A DNA stretch of 64,000 nt. Source: the human T2T-CHM13v2.0 reference genome, Homo sapiens. Below, piece by piece: positions 42,280 to 64,000 of the stretch. The translations under genes and the position numbers were made by a program. The notes beneath the pieces were generated by a model. It saw only the letters and a program-made list of their open reading frames with translations. It was not told where the DNA came from and made no database searches. The stretch is taken from NCBI RefSeq assembly GCF_009914755.1, contig NC_060931.1; one strand, given 5' to 3'. Numbering within the stretch: the stretch's first letter is position 1; every line of letters starts with the position of its first letter.

Positions 42280-43820
42280 TTAACTTTTAGGTTCAGGGTG
42301 CATATGCAGGTTTGTTATATAGGTAAATTCATTTCGTGGGTTTGTTGTACAGATTATTTCATCACCCAAGCACTAATCCTAGTACTCAATAGTTGTATTT
42401 TCTGTTCCTGTCCCTCCTCCCACTCTCTACCCTCTAGTAGGCCTCAGTGTCTGTTGTTCCCCTCTTTGTATCCATGTGTTCTCATCATTTAGCTCCCACT
42501 TATAAGTGAGAATATGTGGTACATGGTTTTCTGTTCCTGAACTGGTTTGCTAAGGATGATGGTCTCCAGCTCCATCCATGTCCTTGCGAGGGACATAATC
42601 TCATTCTTTTTAATGGCTGCTTAGTATTCCATGGTGTATATATACCATATTTTCCTTATCCAGTCTACAATTGATGGCCCTTTAGGTTGATTCCATGTGT
42701 TTGCTACTGTGAATAGTGCTACAACGAACACCTATCTGCATGTGTCTTTATGATAGAACTAATTATATTCCTTTGGATGTATACCAAGTAATGGGATTGC
42801 TGGATTGAATGGTAGTTCTGTTTTAAGCTCTTTGAGAAATCACCACACTGCTTCCCACAATGGTTGAACTAATTTACACTCCCACCAACAGTGTATAGGC
42901 ATTCTCTGTTCTCCACAACCTCGCTAGCTTCTGTTATTTTTTGACTTTTTAGTAATAGTAATCCTGACTGGTGTGAGATGGCACCCCTTGTGGTTTTGAT
43001 GTGCATTTCTCTAATGATCAGTGATATTGAGCTTTCTTTCATATGTTTGTTGGCTGAATGTATGTGTTCTTTTGAAAAGTGTTTATGTCTTTTGCTCACT
43101 TTTTAATGGGGTTGTTAGGGGTTCTTTCTTGTAAATTTGTTTAATTTCCTTATAGATGCTGGATACCAGACCTTTGTCAGATGCATAGCTTGCAAATATT
43201 TTCTTCCATTCTGTAGGTTGTCTGTTTACTCTGTTGATAGTTTCTTTTGGTGTGTAGAAGCTCTTTAGTTTAATTAGATCCCATTCGTCAATTTTTGCTT
43301 TTGTTTTGCTTGCTTTTGGTGACTTCATCATGAAATCTTCCCCAATTCCTATGTCCAGAATGGCATTGTCTAGGTTGTCTTCCAGGATTTTTATATTTTA
43401 GGGTTTTACATTTAAGCTTTTAATCCACCTAGAGTTGATTTTTGTATATGGTGCAATGAAGGAGTCCAGTTTCAATCATCTGCATATGACCATCCAGTTA
43501 TCCCAGTGGCAATTATTGAATAGGGAATCCTTTCCCCATTGCTTGTTTTTGTCAGTTTTGTTGATGATCAGATGGCTGCAGATGTGAAGCCTTATTTCTG
43601 GGCTCCCTACTCTGTTTTATTAGTCTATGTGCCTGTTTTTTGTACCAGTACCAGGCTATTTCAGTTACTGTAGTCCTGCAGTATAGTCAGATAATGTGAT
43701 GCCTCCAGCTTTGTACTTTTTGCTTAGGATTTCCTTGGCTATTCAGGCTCTTTTCTGGTTTTACATTAATTTTAAAATAGCTTTTTCTAGTTCTATGAAG
43801 AATGTTGTTGGTAGTCTAAT
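42280..43820 (-). mobile_element. 5'-truncated older L1PA (L1PA11-13-like)
   Basis: ORF2 C-terminal remnants ([13 protein letters not shown]; HFSKEHIHSANKHMK) and an older-type 3' UTR. Confidence 0.9.
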
Positions 43821-44266
43821 ACTATTTTTGTCATTATAAATTATCCTGCATTTCTAGAGTATTACACAAATTAAATCACAAAAGTTTGTTTTTTTTTGTC
43901 TGGCTTCTTACACACAGCATAATTATTTTGTGATTCATTCATGTTGTTGCATGCATCAATATCTCATCCTTTTTTTTTCCTGTGGTTAATGGCACTTCTA
44001 TTTACATAGGAGGACTCCCTAAGAGTGAATTGGTTCTGTTCAAATATATGAGGATTCTAAATTTAAACTAAGACGTTGCCAGATTTTTTTTCCAAAGACT
44101 TTACTAATTCATTCATAGTCTCACCAGTCATGTGAGGAAGTACTCTCTTTCCCTGTATGTCCCTGGCAGCAATATGCATTACCAGTCTTTTCATTTTTGC
44201 TTAATATCTCAATTTTAATATTAATTTTCTGACCTACTAGCATATTTTAGTATATTTTTATTGCAC

Positions 44267-50400
<6,134 letters not shown>

Positions 50401-51110
50401 CTATTTCATTCTTTTTTATAGTTGAGTGGTATTCCCATGTTTAAATGTATCACAGATTGTTTATTCATTTTCCTATAGAAGGACATTTGGGATGCTTTTT
50501 TTTTTTTTTAGGTATTACAAATAGAGCTACCAAGAACATTCATGTACAAGTCTTTGTGTGGACATATGCTTCCTTTTCTTTTAGGTAAATACCTAGGAGT
50601 GGGATGGCTAGACCATATGGAAGGTGTATATTTAACTTTGTACAAAACTGCCAAAATGTTTTCCAAAGTCATTTTACCATTGTACAACCCCACAAGCAGT
50701 GTATAAGAGTTTCAGCTATTTCAAATCCTTACAAAAGGTTGGCATGGTCAATCTCCTTAATTTTGGCTAATATTTGCATAGTAGTATCTTACTGGGGTTC
50801 ACATTTGCATTTCCTTAAATATTTCACGTTTTTAAGATTTTGTATTTTCGTAGGTTATAAGCAACTTGATTCTGATGTGTCTTGGTGTAGTTTTCTTCAT
50901 GTGTTTTATGCTTGGTGTTTTTTGAGGTTTTGGGAACTCTTAAGTTTTTAGTTTTGATCACATTTGGAAAATATTTTAGTGATTGTTTTATCAAAAAAAT
51001 TGTTTTCTCTTGCATTCCCTCCATCTTTTCTACTTCAGAAAGTTCATTTACATAGACATTTGGTCACTTGAAGTTGTCCCACAGCTCTGTGATGGTCTAT
51101 TCACTCACTG

Positions 51111-52134
51111 TTTTCTTTTTCATGGTTGAGAAAGCATTTCATTGACACAAGGCCATCCACACTACATGATAGAGAGTTATAACTCAAATCAGTCTCCGCA
51201 GTGGCTCAGAGGTTAGGGTTTTTCAAGGATAGTTTGTTGGTCAGCGTACTAGGAAATGAGTGCTGCTGATTGGTTGGGGATAGCATCACAGGAGTGTGGA
51301 AAATGGTCTTCCTATACTGAGTTCACCTCTGGGTGGGGGGACCACAAAACCAGTTGAGTTTTGTGTCACTAGTCCAGGTGGAGTTAGCCAGTCTTTGTGT
51401 TCCAGAAATGCGGAAGTCTGAAAATACACCTCAAAAGGCCAATCTTAGGTTTTACCATAGTGATGTTTTCTACAAGAGTAATTGGGGAAGTTACAAATCT
51501 TGTGACCTCTACGACAATAGTTGGTTATCATTTAACTATGCCTACATCTTAGCAGAATTCAGGCCTTTCTCATAATCCTAACCTGGTGGCCTTTCATTAG
51601 GTTTACAAAAGTGGTTAGTTTTAGAAAGGGCTATCATCATCTCTGCTTTAAGATTAAACTATAAACTAAATTCTTCCCGAAGTTAGCTTTGCCTACATCA
51701 AGGAATGACTAAGGACAATTTAGAGGTTAGAAACAAGATGGAGTCAACCATGTCAGATTTCTTTCACTGTCATAATCTTTGCAAAGGCAATTTCAATCCC
51801 TGCTTGGGTTTCAGTACACTTTAATCCTTAGTTGTGTGTTATGTTGATAGGGAAAGGCAGATGGTTGCTCTAACTTCTTCCTGCTGACAGGGGGCATATT
51901 TGGGATAGGGGTTATCCCCAGAGTGAGAGGAAGAAAACTGTTTTGCCGTTGTTTGTATGTATTCGTGGTGCCTGGCGGGGTTCCCAAGGTCTGTATGACA
52001 AAGACATTAGTACTTTTATCCACAGCTATAACACAACACTTAAGTGAACAATGGACTATAAGACAAATAATGAGCCCTAGCATAAGGAGTGAAAGTTCTA
52101 GCTTCAAGAGTCCTTATAGAACTAACTGAAGCCT
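51111..52134 (-). mobile_element. LTR8-family ERV1 3' LTR (U3-R, 51121-51795) plus ~340 bp internal sequence
   Basis: Minus-strand start TGAAATTGCCTTTGCAAAGATTATGACAGTG...GACTCCATCTTG, preceded by internal sequence. U5 appears replaced by an A-rich tail. Confidence 0.85.
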
Positions 52135-54691
52135 TCACTTTTTTTGATTTCCTTTTTTTCTGTGTTTCATTTCGGGTGATTTTCATTGCTATGTCTTCAT
52201 ATATCCTAACCTTTTCTTCTTTAATGTGTATTCTGCCATTAATCTCATCCAGTGTGGTTTTCATCTCAGGCATTGTAGTTTTCATCTCTAGAGTTATATT
52301 TGGGTCTTTTTGTATCTTATATATCTATGCTTAACATACTCATTCTTCCCCCTAGCTTCCTGAGCATATGAAATGCTGTTATAATTACCTTCCTAATATC
52401 CTCATTTGGTCATTTTAATGTGGGTGTCAATTCTATTTCCATTTCAAGTGATTAATTTTTCTCCTTATTATGGATGATGTTTTCTTGCCTCTTTGTATGT
52501 ATGGTAATTTTAAATTATACATCATTTGATTTTGTTGGGTGCAGGATATTTGAGTATCTTTACACATATTTTTGAGCCTTGTTTGGGTTGTGGTTCAATT
52601 CATTTTGTTCTTGCTTTTATCAATTGTTGAGCTTGCTTAGAGCAGAGTTCAGTCTATGGCTGATTATTCACCAGTATTAAAGAAGACCCTTCTGATTACT
52701 CTACCCCAGGCTCCATGAATTATGAGTTTTTTCAGTCTGCCTGGTGGAAATACACACTATTCCCAGCCCCATGTGAGCTCTAACTACTGTTCTCACTCAC
52801 CTTTTCAAGTAGCTCTTTCCTTTGCCTCTGGTAGTTTCTTCAGAAGCATGTGCTGATCAGTACTCAGCTGAATATTCACAGCAGAGGGTACTCTACGTAT
52901 CTCTAGAGTTCTTTCTCTGTGCTGTCTACTTCCTGGTACTATCTTGTGTATGCTAGCCACTGTGGTCTCCCCAGACTCACAGCTTTGTCTCCTTAACACA
53001 AGGATTCTGCTGAGCTGCACTTGGGTTCTCCCTTTCTACACTGAAACCTGGAAGCACTTTTAAGTCAGTAAAACTGGGTTAATTGTAGGACTCACCTCAT
53101 TAGTTTCCCATCTCTTAGAGGTTTCTGGTTTGGGGTTTTTGTTTGTTTGTTAGTTTGTTTTCCCTAATGTTCAGTATCCTGAAAAGTTATTGTTTTATAT
53201 ATATTTTTTTCTATTTCTTATGTTACTATATCAGAGAAGAGAGTAAATTTGTTTTCTATTCCTCCAACTTTGATGAGAACATTGCAAGATTTTAAGGAGG
53301 AAATAACCTGATGGATTTAGAGAAGCATCCAGCCTACAGTATGGAGAATGCTGAGCTCTAGGCAGAGAGAGACAAATGAGAAAGCTGCTGGCCATCAACC
53401 AGGTGAGAAAGCCTGTGTGCTATAGATTGTGTCATCCTGCTTTCCCAGTTATTGACAGTCACCATGATGTGGAGAGGAGGGGGAGGGAGAGAGAGACAGA
53501 GAGAGAGAGATACAGAGAGAAGTTTGATAGGTAATATATAAAAGCGAAATGAACAGAAATTTGTATGGAAAAATTTCATAGTTTAACTTTATGTTGCAAA
53601 AATATATCTACACTTTATTCTGCACATCTTTAATGTATTTCCTCCACCTACTACTTGTTCACAAGGATCTGAAAGACATCACTCCTCATACCAAGCAGAT
53701 GAATAAAAAGAACACTCAGAAAATATATGGATATATGTACAGATAATGAGTTTTTTATTTTCCAAATATTAGACAAGATGGGAATGGAAAGGCAGTTGCC
53801 TAGAATGTGTGTGTTGTGGGTGGAGTGTGTGTGTAGTGAGACGGAGGTTGCTGTGTATGACTCAAAACGAAAAAGCAGTGGAACAGCTAGGTTCCGGGAA
53901 GAGTGGAGGGGAATCAGAATCTTCTCTTTCAAGGATCAGGGCAGAGGGTGGGTGGTAGGGGGTGTGTAAGGGATTTAACACTTGAACTGTCCTAGAGCAT
54001 GAGTTTCACTGAACCACTGCCTACAGACAATGTACCAACCAAGTACCCTGCCATTTTTAAGATCCTGGCAGAGAGTTAAAAATATGGGCAACTTAGATGG
54101 AATTGGAGTTGTGAAGAAAACACTTTGCCCCATTTCAGAGTTGGAATTAGCTCGAACCAACTGGACCTTCCTTCATGTGCTATACCACTACTGCATCTTA
54201 TTACATCTTGTGCTACTACCTATCTGTCTCTCCTCTCTTGGTCCTCCTCAAAAACACCTCATTGCTTTCCTGAAATTTCCATCTTCTTTAATACCAAATG
54301 CTGCTCACAGGAAGCAGTGAAAAGGACTAATAATGCAGTTACCCTAGTTAGACTATGACAGCAATATAGAATAATTCATAAAAAATTGAAGGTCATAATT
54401 ATTAAAAGAGAACTAGGAAAACATAATGACTAGAAACTTTTTTCTATCATTATATTTACATTTGACATTCCTTGGAACACATTCTGAATTCTATATCCCT
54501 TGATCTATACCTTCTTTCCACTGTAGTTCAAAGTCTTATACATGAAAGTTCTTGGTAAATGTTGACAGACACTTATGGAATGGCTTAAGTGAAGCTCTTA
54601 ACATGTCAAAGCCCCATTTTACCTCTGTAAAATTATTCTCTTAACTAATTCTATCCACTGTTTTTTTTAGAAACATAGTATATGCATACTA

Positions 54692-56385
<1,694 letters not shown>

Positions 56386-56542
56386 CATCACCTTAAGAGG
56401 GACATAGAAAAATACAACATGTTGCTTTATAGATTTTGTCCCTGCACCAAGGACAAAAGTGATGTCCCTGATCTGATTTATATTGAAATACATGTGAGCT
56501 ATATGTACATTTAAGAAAGATTAATAAAAACAAGTAAAATTG

Positions 56543-56845
<303 letters not shown>

Positions 56846-56882
56846 TTACCCAATATTTGGTAAATCAGTGAGTGACAGCCAA

Positions 56883-57763
56883 CAGAGCTCACCTATAAAT
56901 CAATCCTGACTGGGTGGGGCCACCTTTGTGGAGAGTTACTGGATTAGGAATTTAATCATTTTGATTGTTCTTGTAATTAGCTAGCAGTCCATTATCATAA
57001 TCTAATCAATCCAAAAGTGGTTGATTATAAAGTGACATGATTATCTTATTTTTTGAAACCCCATTCATAATTTTAAAATCTCTTTTATTTTCTTAATAAA
57101 TTACACAACTACTAAAAAATTCTAAACATTGCATTTAAGTATAGAAAAGCTCAAACACAGCTGTACTTGGAGGGAGAGGATTGCATCAATTCCTGCATTC
57201 CCTGAAGAATCATTATGATTTCAGTAATATCAAATGCAGAAAATGCTGTGTTGAATAACTCTTAAAATACCGTAAGCAGATATGTTGTTCAGAATGGGAT
57301 TTTTTTTGTATTGGTGAAAAATTTTGTGAATTTCTGGACAAAACTATATACAATGCTCCTGTGATTTATGCAATTGCATTTCTCAAACATTATGAAAATT
57401 AAAACAAGCAACAATACTTGTAATTTATAATTAAATAGGGTACAGCCTTGGAAATTGTCAGCATGTTTATCATCCGCTTTCATGTCTGAAGGTCACTGGA
57501 GAGTCCTATGACATGCTTGCAGGTAGCTTAATTGTCTTGGCCATTCTCAATAGCAGCCCCCATTCACTGGGAGAACCACCAGAGCAAACTCCAGATTTTA
57601 AATGAATCCCGACTGGGTGGTGCCACCTTTGTTGACAGTTACTGCTTTAGGTAATTTAATCATCTTGATTGTTCTTGTCAGGAGTTAGGAATCCATTATC
57701 ACAACCTAATCAATCCAGAAGTCAGGAAGTCTCCACCCACTAATTAAGGTGACTCAATATAAA
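56883..57763 (+). promoter_or_regulatory. Putative SSU72L promoter: duplicated ~140-bp module (56883-57018, 57580-57722) with DUX4-type motifs and a TATA box
   Basis: TAATCTAATCA 56998-57008 and TAATTTAATCA 57652-57662. One-mismatch GAATTTAATCA 56948-56958 and CAACCTAATCA 57702-57712. TGACTCA 57750-57756. TATAAA 57758-57763, ~130 bp upstream of the ATG. Confidence 0.7.
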
Positions 57764-57888
57764 CCTGCCTCCTGTGCCTCCACATTAGCTCATTTGGAAG
57801 ACCTGGGTATAGGTGGTCGTCTCCTTGGCTCAGAGTCCCTGCAGCAGCTGAGGTGCCTGTGTCTCTCTTGTTCCCAGTGGCCACCATC

Positions 57889-58473
57889 ATGCTCTCCTCC
57901 CCACTCAGGGTGGCTGTGGTGTGTGTGAGCAACATCAACAGGAGCATGGAGGCCCACAGCATCCTCAGGAGAAAAGGGCTAAGTGTCCGGTCTTTCGGAA
58001 CTGAATCTCATGTGAGGCTACCAGGACGAAGACCCAATCATCCTGTAGTTTACGATTTTGCAACAACATATAAGGAGATGTACAATGACCTCCTCAGGAA
58101 AGATAGAGAATGCTACACCCACAATGGAATCTTACACATCTTGGGAAGAAATGAGAGAATCAAGCCTGGCCCAGAAAGATTTCAGGAATGCACTGAATTC
58201 TTTGATGTCATCTTTACCTGTGAGGAGCGTGTCTATGACACAGTGGTGGAAGATCTGTGTTCCAGAGAACAGCAGACCTTTCAGCCTGTGCACGTGATCA
58301 ACATGGACATCAAAGATACCCTGGAAGGTGCCATCCTGGGAGCTTTCCTCATCTGTGAGATTTGCCAGTGCCTGCAGCAGTCCGACGACATGGAAGACAG
58401 TCTGGAGGAGCTGCTGTTGCAAATGGAGGAGAAGGCAGGAAAAAGCTTTCTTCACACCGTCTGCTTCTACTGA
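57889..58473 (+). CDS. SSU72L6: SSU72-like RNA polymerase II CTD phosphatase, intronless retrogene, 194 aa
   Basis: MLSSPLRVAVVCVSNINRSMEAH...FLHTVCFY is collinear with recalled human SSU72 (194 aa, about 70% identical, no indels or stops). CX5R (C12/R18) and D140/D143 are retained. The symbol (formerly SSU72P8) is assigned from recalled adjacency to an RPS2 pseudogene and is not verified. Confidence 0.9.
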   Translation: MLSSPLRVAVVCVSNINRSMEAHSILRRKGLSVRSFGTESHVRLPGRRPNHPVVYDFATTYKEMYNDLLRKDRECYTHNGILHILGRNERIKPGPERFQECTEFFDVIFTCEERVYDTVVEDLCSREQQTFQPVHVINMDIKDTLEGAILGAFLICEICQCLQQSDDMEDSLEELLLQMEEKAGKSFLHTVCFY

Positions 58474-59008
58474 AGATCTGGGCTGGCTTTGTCTCCTTCC
58501 TCGGTAAGAACTTAGGCATGGGACTTTAGTCCAGATTGATTGTGAGAAGTATCTACAAAGACCTTCCACTGAGTGCTGTTTGTATTACTTTTGTACATAT
58601 CACCTGGAAAGAGACTATTACCAAGAAAATATTTTATGGGAAATGAGAAGGACTAACAGTTTTAAAAGCACTGAAAAATGCTTGGCATTGTTCTACATGC
58701 ATTACATACAATAACTAATTTAATGCTTATATTATTCTACAAGGAAGCTATCCCACCATGACTGCATTTTCCGGATGAGCAAATGGAGCTGATAATGGAC
58801 TGCTGGAAAAATGATTTGTTTAAGGGTATTCAGCAGATAAATAACATTGTATAGATAAGCACCTTTTAAATAGACTTCCTTTTCTCAATTTGAGTGGTTT
58901 TTTTTTTAATTTTTAAATTTTTTAAGTTATTTGAGACCAATGGAGTGTGGTATATTAACTTAAATGTTGTTCTTCTTTAATAAGAGTATAATATTACATG
59001 TTTGAACC

Positions 59009-59178
59009 AATAAATGTTTTCACATATAGATTATATCTTTTTTACTAATGCTCACTTTAATAGGTAAAATCCAAGTTGGATAATGAACTACATATTATTG
59101 TAAAATTTGGAATTATCTACTCAAATAATAGGTCATCAAATTAAATGAAATAAAAAATTTAAATAAAAAAAAAAAAAA
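59009..59178 (+). terminator. Poly(A) signals and genomic poly(A) tail of the SSU72L cassette
   Basis: AATAAA at 59009-59014, 59149-59154 and 59162-59167. A-run at 59165-59178, then the TSD. Confidence 0.75.
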
Positions 59179-59634
59179 GAAAGAAATCCTGTTCCCAGGA
59201 TCTGCAAAGAACACCACAGCAGTTCTACACATCTGCCTCTCCCCCAGTTCCCCTCCCTGGATGGCAGAGATTTTAATATCATTAAAACTAACTTGGATAT
59301 AGTAGAGGGAAGCTCTTAAAACCCTGACACCAGTGTGGTAGGAGATGGTACGTCAATTGACAGATTCGTTACCCAAGAAGAACGTATACATGCATCATGC
59401 TAGGTACAGGGAGAAAACCAAAGTTAGGCAAAGTATTTTGTCCACTTATTATCTATGTCATTTTCATAGCCAGTAGAACCTCTCAGTAAGTCTCCTAGAC
59501 CTGGCCATGCCCACCATGGCCCAACACTCTCTTCGTCCCTGTCAACTCAAGCCTCTCTACGTACCCTCTACTGGGTCAGACCAGTGACAGATCCATTCCA
59601 GTGAGTTGAACAGCAGAACCAAAGGATGGCATTT

Positions 59635-59966
59635 CTTGTTTTTCTTTTCTTTTTTTTTTGTCTTTTTTTTTTTTTTTTTTGAGACAGAGTCTCACTCTAT
59701 CACCCAGGCTGGAGCACAGTGACATGATCTAGGCTCACTGCAGCCTCTGCCACTGGGGTTCAAGTGATTCTCCTGCCTCAGCCTCTCGATTAGCTGGGAT
59801 TACAGGTGTGTGCCACCACACCTGTCTAATTTTTTTGTATTTTTAGTAGAGACGGGGTTTCGCTATGTTGGCCAGCCTGGTCTCAAACTCCTGACGGCAA
59901 GTGATGCTCCTGATCCTCCTGCCTTGGCCTCCCAAAGTTCACAGGCGTGAGCTACCATGCCCGGCC
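59635..59966 (-). mobile_element. AluSx-like
   Basis: Antisense Alu. TSD GATGGCATTT at 59625-59634 and 59968-59977. Confidence 0.95.
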
Positions 59967-60243
59967 AGATGGCATTTTTTATGGCCTTGGATTAAATTTT
60001 GCATTCCAGATGCTCAATACTTGGTTTCTAAAGTTAACTTCTGAACTTTCCCTAGAAACTAGAAAGACAAATATTACTACTCCATTTTGGGCCTTTTATT
60101 AAACACCTCATAAATGTTATTTAGTTTATTTCCACAAAATCTCTCTGAGTTAGGTAGCTCAGAGAATCTGAAACTTAAAGTTTAAATAACATGCCCAACA
60201 TCACAGCCTACCAAGGGCAGAATGTGTCTAGAGACAGAGCTTC

Positions 60244-60669
<426 letters not shown>

Positions 60670-62027
60670 CTACTTGCCAGCCCCTTTCCATGCACATCTT
60701 CTCACCCCAAGTCAAATTTCTATTTAATTGAATTTTTCTCACTGAATAGTAGTGAACTTTCCTCACCATGTATCTAAATATTAGGTAGTTAGGCAAATAT
60801 TAAATAGTGAACTTTTCTCACTAAATATTAGGCATTCCTTTTTATTTTTAGCTGATGCTGTCTTCTCCCAAATTAGACATTCAAGAAAATAATTATAGGG
60901 TAAAAAACGGAATGAGATCAGAAGGAAAATTAATGGCTCCCCTAACAACTAATTAGAAAAATTAAAGAAGTATAATCAATTTAGTTTACAAAAACTTGGC
61001 GAAGGGAGTATTCTTTGTCAGGCACTGTGTTGGATACCTATTGAAAAAAATGCCTTCGATGTTGGAAACTAATTATCTTATTTGGTAGTTATTTTACATT
61101 CAAGAGCATAAAATACTAGGACCAAGCATCATCACTGTTTTTAACTTATTTTGTTGTTGTAGCTTGATAATTGATCATCTCAGTTAACTGACTTCACTGA
61201 TTTAACCCATTTTCAAAAGTTCTTTGCAGAGGGTGATTCTGAAAATCCTGAGTAACACCAGTTTCCACAATATCAGAGAGGTTTTGCTGGGAAGCAGCCA
61301 TTACCATTAATAGAATTTATGTAACTCAATTTTACTGCCACTAAAAGGTCAAATCTGAAAGGTTTCATCAATGTTATTTTCTTTTGAAAAAGTTACTTCT
61401 GTCAAAAATTAGTAATAGAATTTTTAAAATGGTCATTAATTTCACCTTTAATATGTATTCACTATTTTTCATCTCTCTAGACTTTTGCCCACTAATGATT
61501 GAGGTCTAGTAACATATTGCAAGTAGTATAACAATACATACTATATTATTGGAACAATTGTAGACTAGGTAAAAATATCTTTTAACTGCTTCAAGACTGT
61601 TTACTAGATGAGATGATTAAAAGCATAGACTCCCTCTGAAGAAAGGATATTTTTCACTTAAGTGTCTTCTAATCAACAGCCAGTGCTAAGTGGCTCCTCT
61701 TTAAATAACAGAAGGCAACGTCTTAGAAGCTTTATCATGGACTCTTCTCAGTGACAAATGGTTTTTAAGGGTGCTTTGTGAAAATAACCAGTCATAGTGA
61801 GAGTAACAGATAAGAGCTTAAACCTTAGATGTCAACACAGCCCAATCTGCCTGTTTTGTTAGAAATACATCTGTTAGCAACCAGCAATCCTTTATTAGCT
61901 CCAGCCTCTGTATCAGTCAAATGGATTCCTGGTATTTAAAGCTGTAGATGTCTTCTTAGGTTAATTCAAATTCCTGATGGGTATCTCTATTGTTTTTATG
62001 AACCTACTTGTATAAATAGGCCGGGAA

Positions 62028-62970
<943 letters not shown>

Positions 62971-63689
62971 ATAAATAGGTCAGGAAAATGAATAAAGGGG
63001 AAAACAACCAACCAACCTTTTAGTTACAGCTTGATTCTCATTTCCCAAACTATCATAGCCTTAGTTTTACAAAAGAGAGGCTGACCTTGATTGTGCCTCA
63101 CTTAGGAAAATGACTACCTTATGCTAGTTAGAGAAGTGATAAGTCTCCAAGGTTTTATAAATAACAAAAGCAGATTAAAAAAAAAATAATAAAAGCCTGT
63201 ATTTTACTCCTAATGGAAGCACATTGAAAAACAGTGCCATGGTGTGCAAGGTTATTAAACAAGTACATCTAACTGCTGGAAAGTTGAAATCTCACCTCAC
63301 TGTTTGCAGCCAGCAGGCTTTCTCCTGGCAATCCCTGACTGTTTTAAGTGAAGACAGGAGAGGAGTTGCACAGCCAGCTTTCTCCATATGGGGTAAGGAA
63401 AAGACTGTGCAGAGGTAAAGTGCAGAATGCAAGTGCTTCAGGAAATGAGCTCCAGCTCTAGCTCTTCTTCATTGCATCAACATCAAATTTACTTGTAAAA
63501 TCAAGCAGATACTAATAAAGTAGTTGCTCACAGGAAAAATATATTGGAGTTTAATAAGCAATGCTAATAGTTAAGAACTCATAAGTATTATGAGGGACAG
63601 TCCGTAAGTTTATCATTTGGGGAGGAAAATGAATTTATATGATGTATGATAATAAAAGAGAGTTTAAGTGCAATAGGCATATATTGTGT

Positions 63690-64000
63690 TACTGTATTAC
63701 TTTGCAAAACCCAACCCCAAAATAGAACAATGAGCATGTCTTTCTTTTTCACATGTCTACATGTAGACTGGGGTATCTCTGTTCTGCATACAATCTGTGG
63801 GTGGGACCAGGCTGGAGGACTTCAGTTATATGAGGCATCTTTTTCTGACAAGTCAGGAGCTCCTAGGTGGATGGCTATAAATGAGAGACACTCCTTAAGG
63901 CCTTGTTTTGAGGCTGGCAGAGTCATTTCTTCCCGCATTCCTCTGGACAAAGCAAGTTACCAGGTCAAGCCCAGCTCCTATGGGGCGGGGCCAGGATGTA
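63690..64000 (-). mobile_element. Degenerate MLT1-like LTR
   Basis: CATTTCTTCCCGCATTCCTCTGGACAAAGCAAGTTACCAGGTCAAGCCCAG resembles the MLT1 conserved block. Confidence 0.5.

Noticed and set aside
57806-57877. Small 5' UTR intron (GTATAG...TTCCCAG) in SSU72L
   Set aside because: Weak donor, very short, and no transcript evidence is available from the sequence.
57853-57888. 12-aa N-terminal extension of SSU72L in the ORF track (206 aa)
   Set aside because: It starts at GTG. Homology to SSU72 begins at the ATG at 57889.
58132-58569. 145-aa antisense ORF over SSU72L
   Set aside because: Shadow ORF of a real coding sequence, with no recognisable homology.

Overview
Primate (very likely human) AT-rich, gene-poor genomic DNA made mostly of interspersed repeats: nested L1s, Alus, MaLR/ERV1 LTRs, MIR/L2 and MER DNA transposons. 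Two gene-derived features lie at the right end. One is an intact, intronless 194-aa SSU72-like RNA Pol II CTD phosphatase ORF (57889-58473, +). The other is a disabled but CpG-rich RPS2 processed pseudogene (~62028-62970, +). From memory this pair matches human SSU72L6 (formerly SSU72P8) and RPS2P31 at 7q31.33; I have not verified this. The main finding is that the SSU72-like gene appears to have arrived whole, promoter included, as a ~2.8-kb 3' transduction behind a 5'-truncated L1PA4-like element. The L1+gene+poly(A) cassette (~55009-59179) splits the 3' target-site duplication (TSD) of an older AluS. The transduced promoter is a duplicated ~140-bp module with DUX4-type TAAYYYAATCA motifs and a TATA box, which suggests a zygotic-genome-activation CTD phosphatase. 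A full-length L1PA4-like element (~44267-50400, -) has an open, extended ORF0, a probable 290-bp 3' transduction of its own, and five apparently private substitutions shared with the transducing L1. Repeat subfamily names and consensus comparisons are from recalled sequences, not from a RepeatMasker run.
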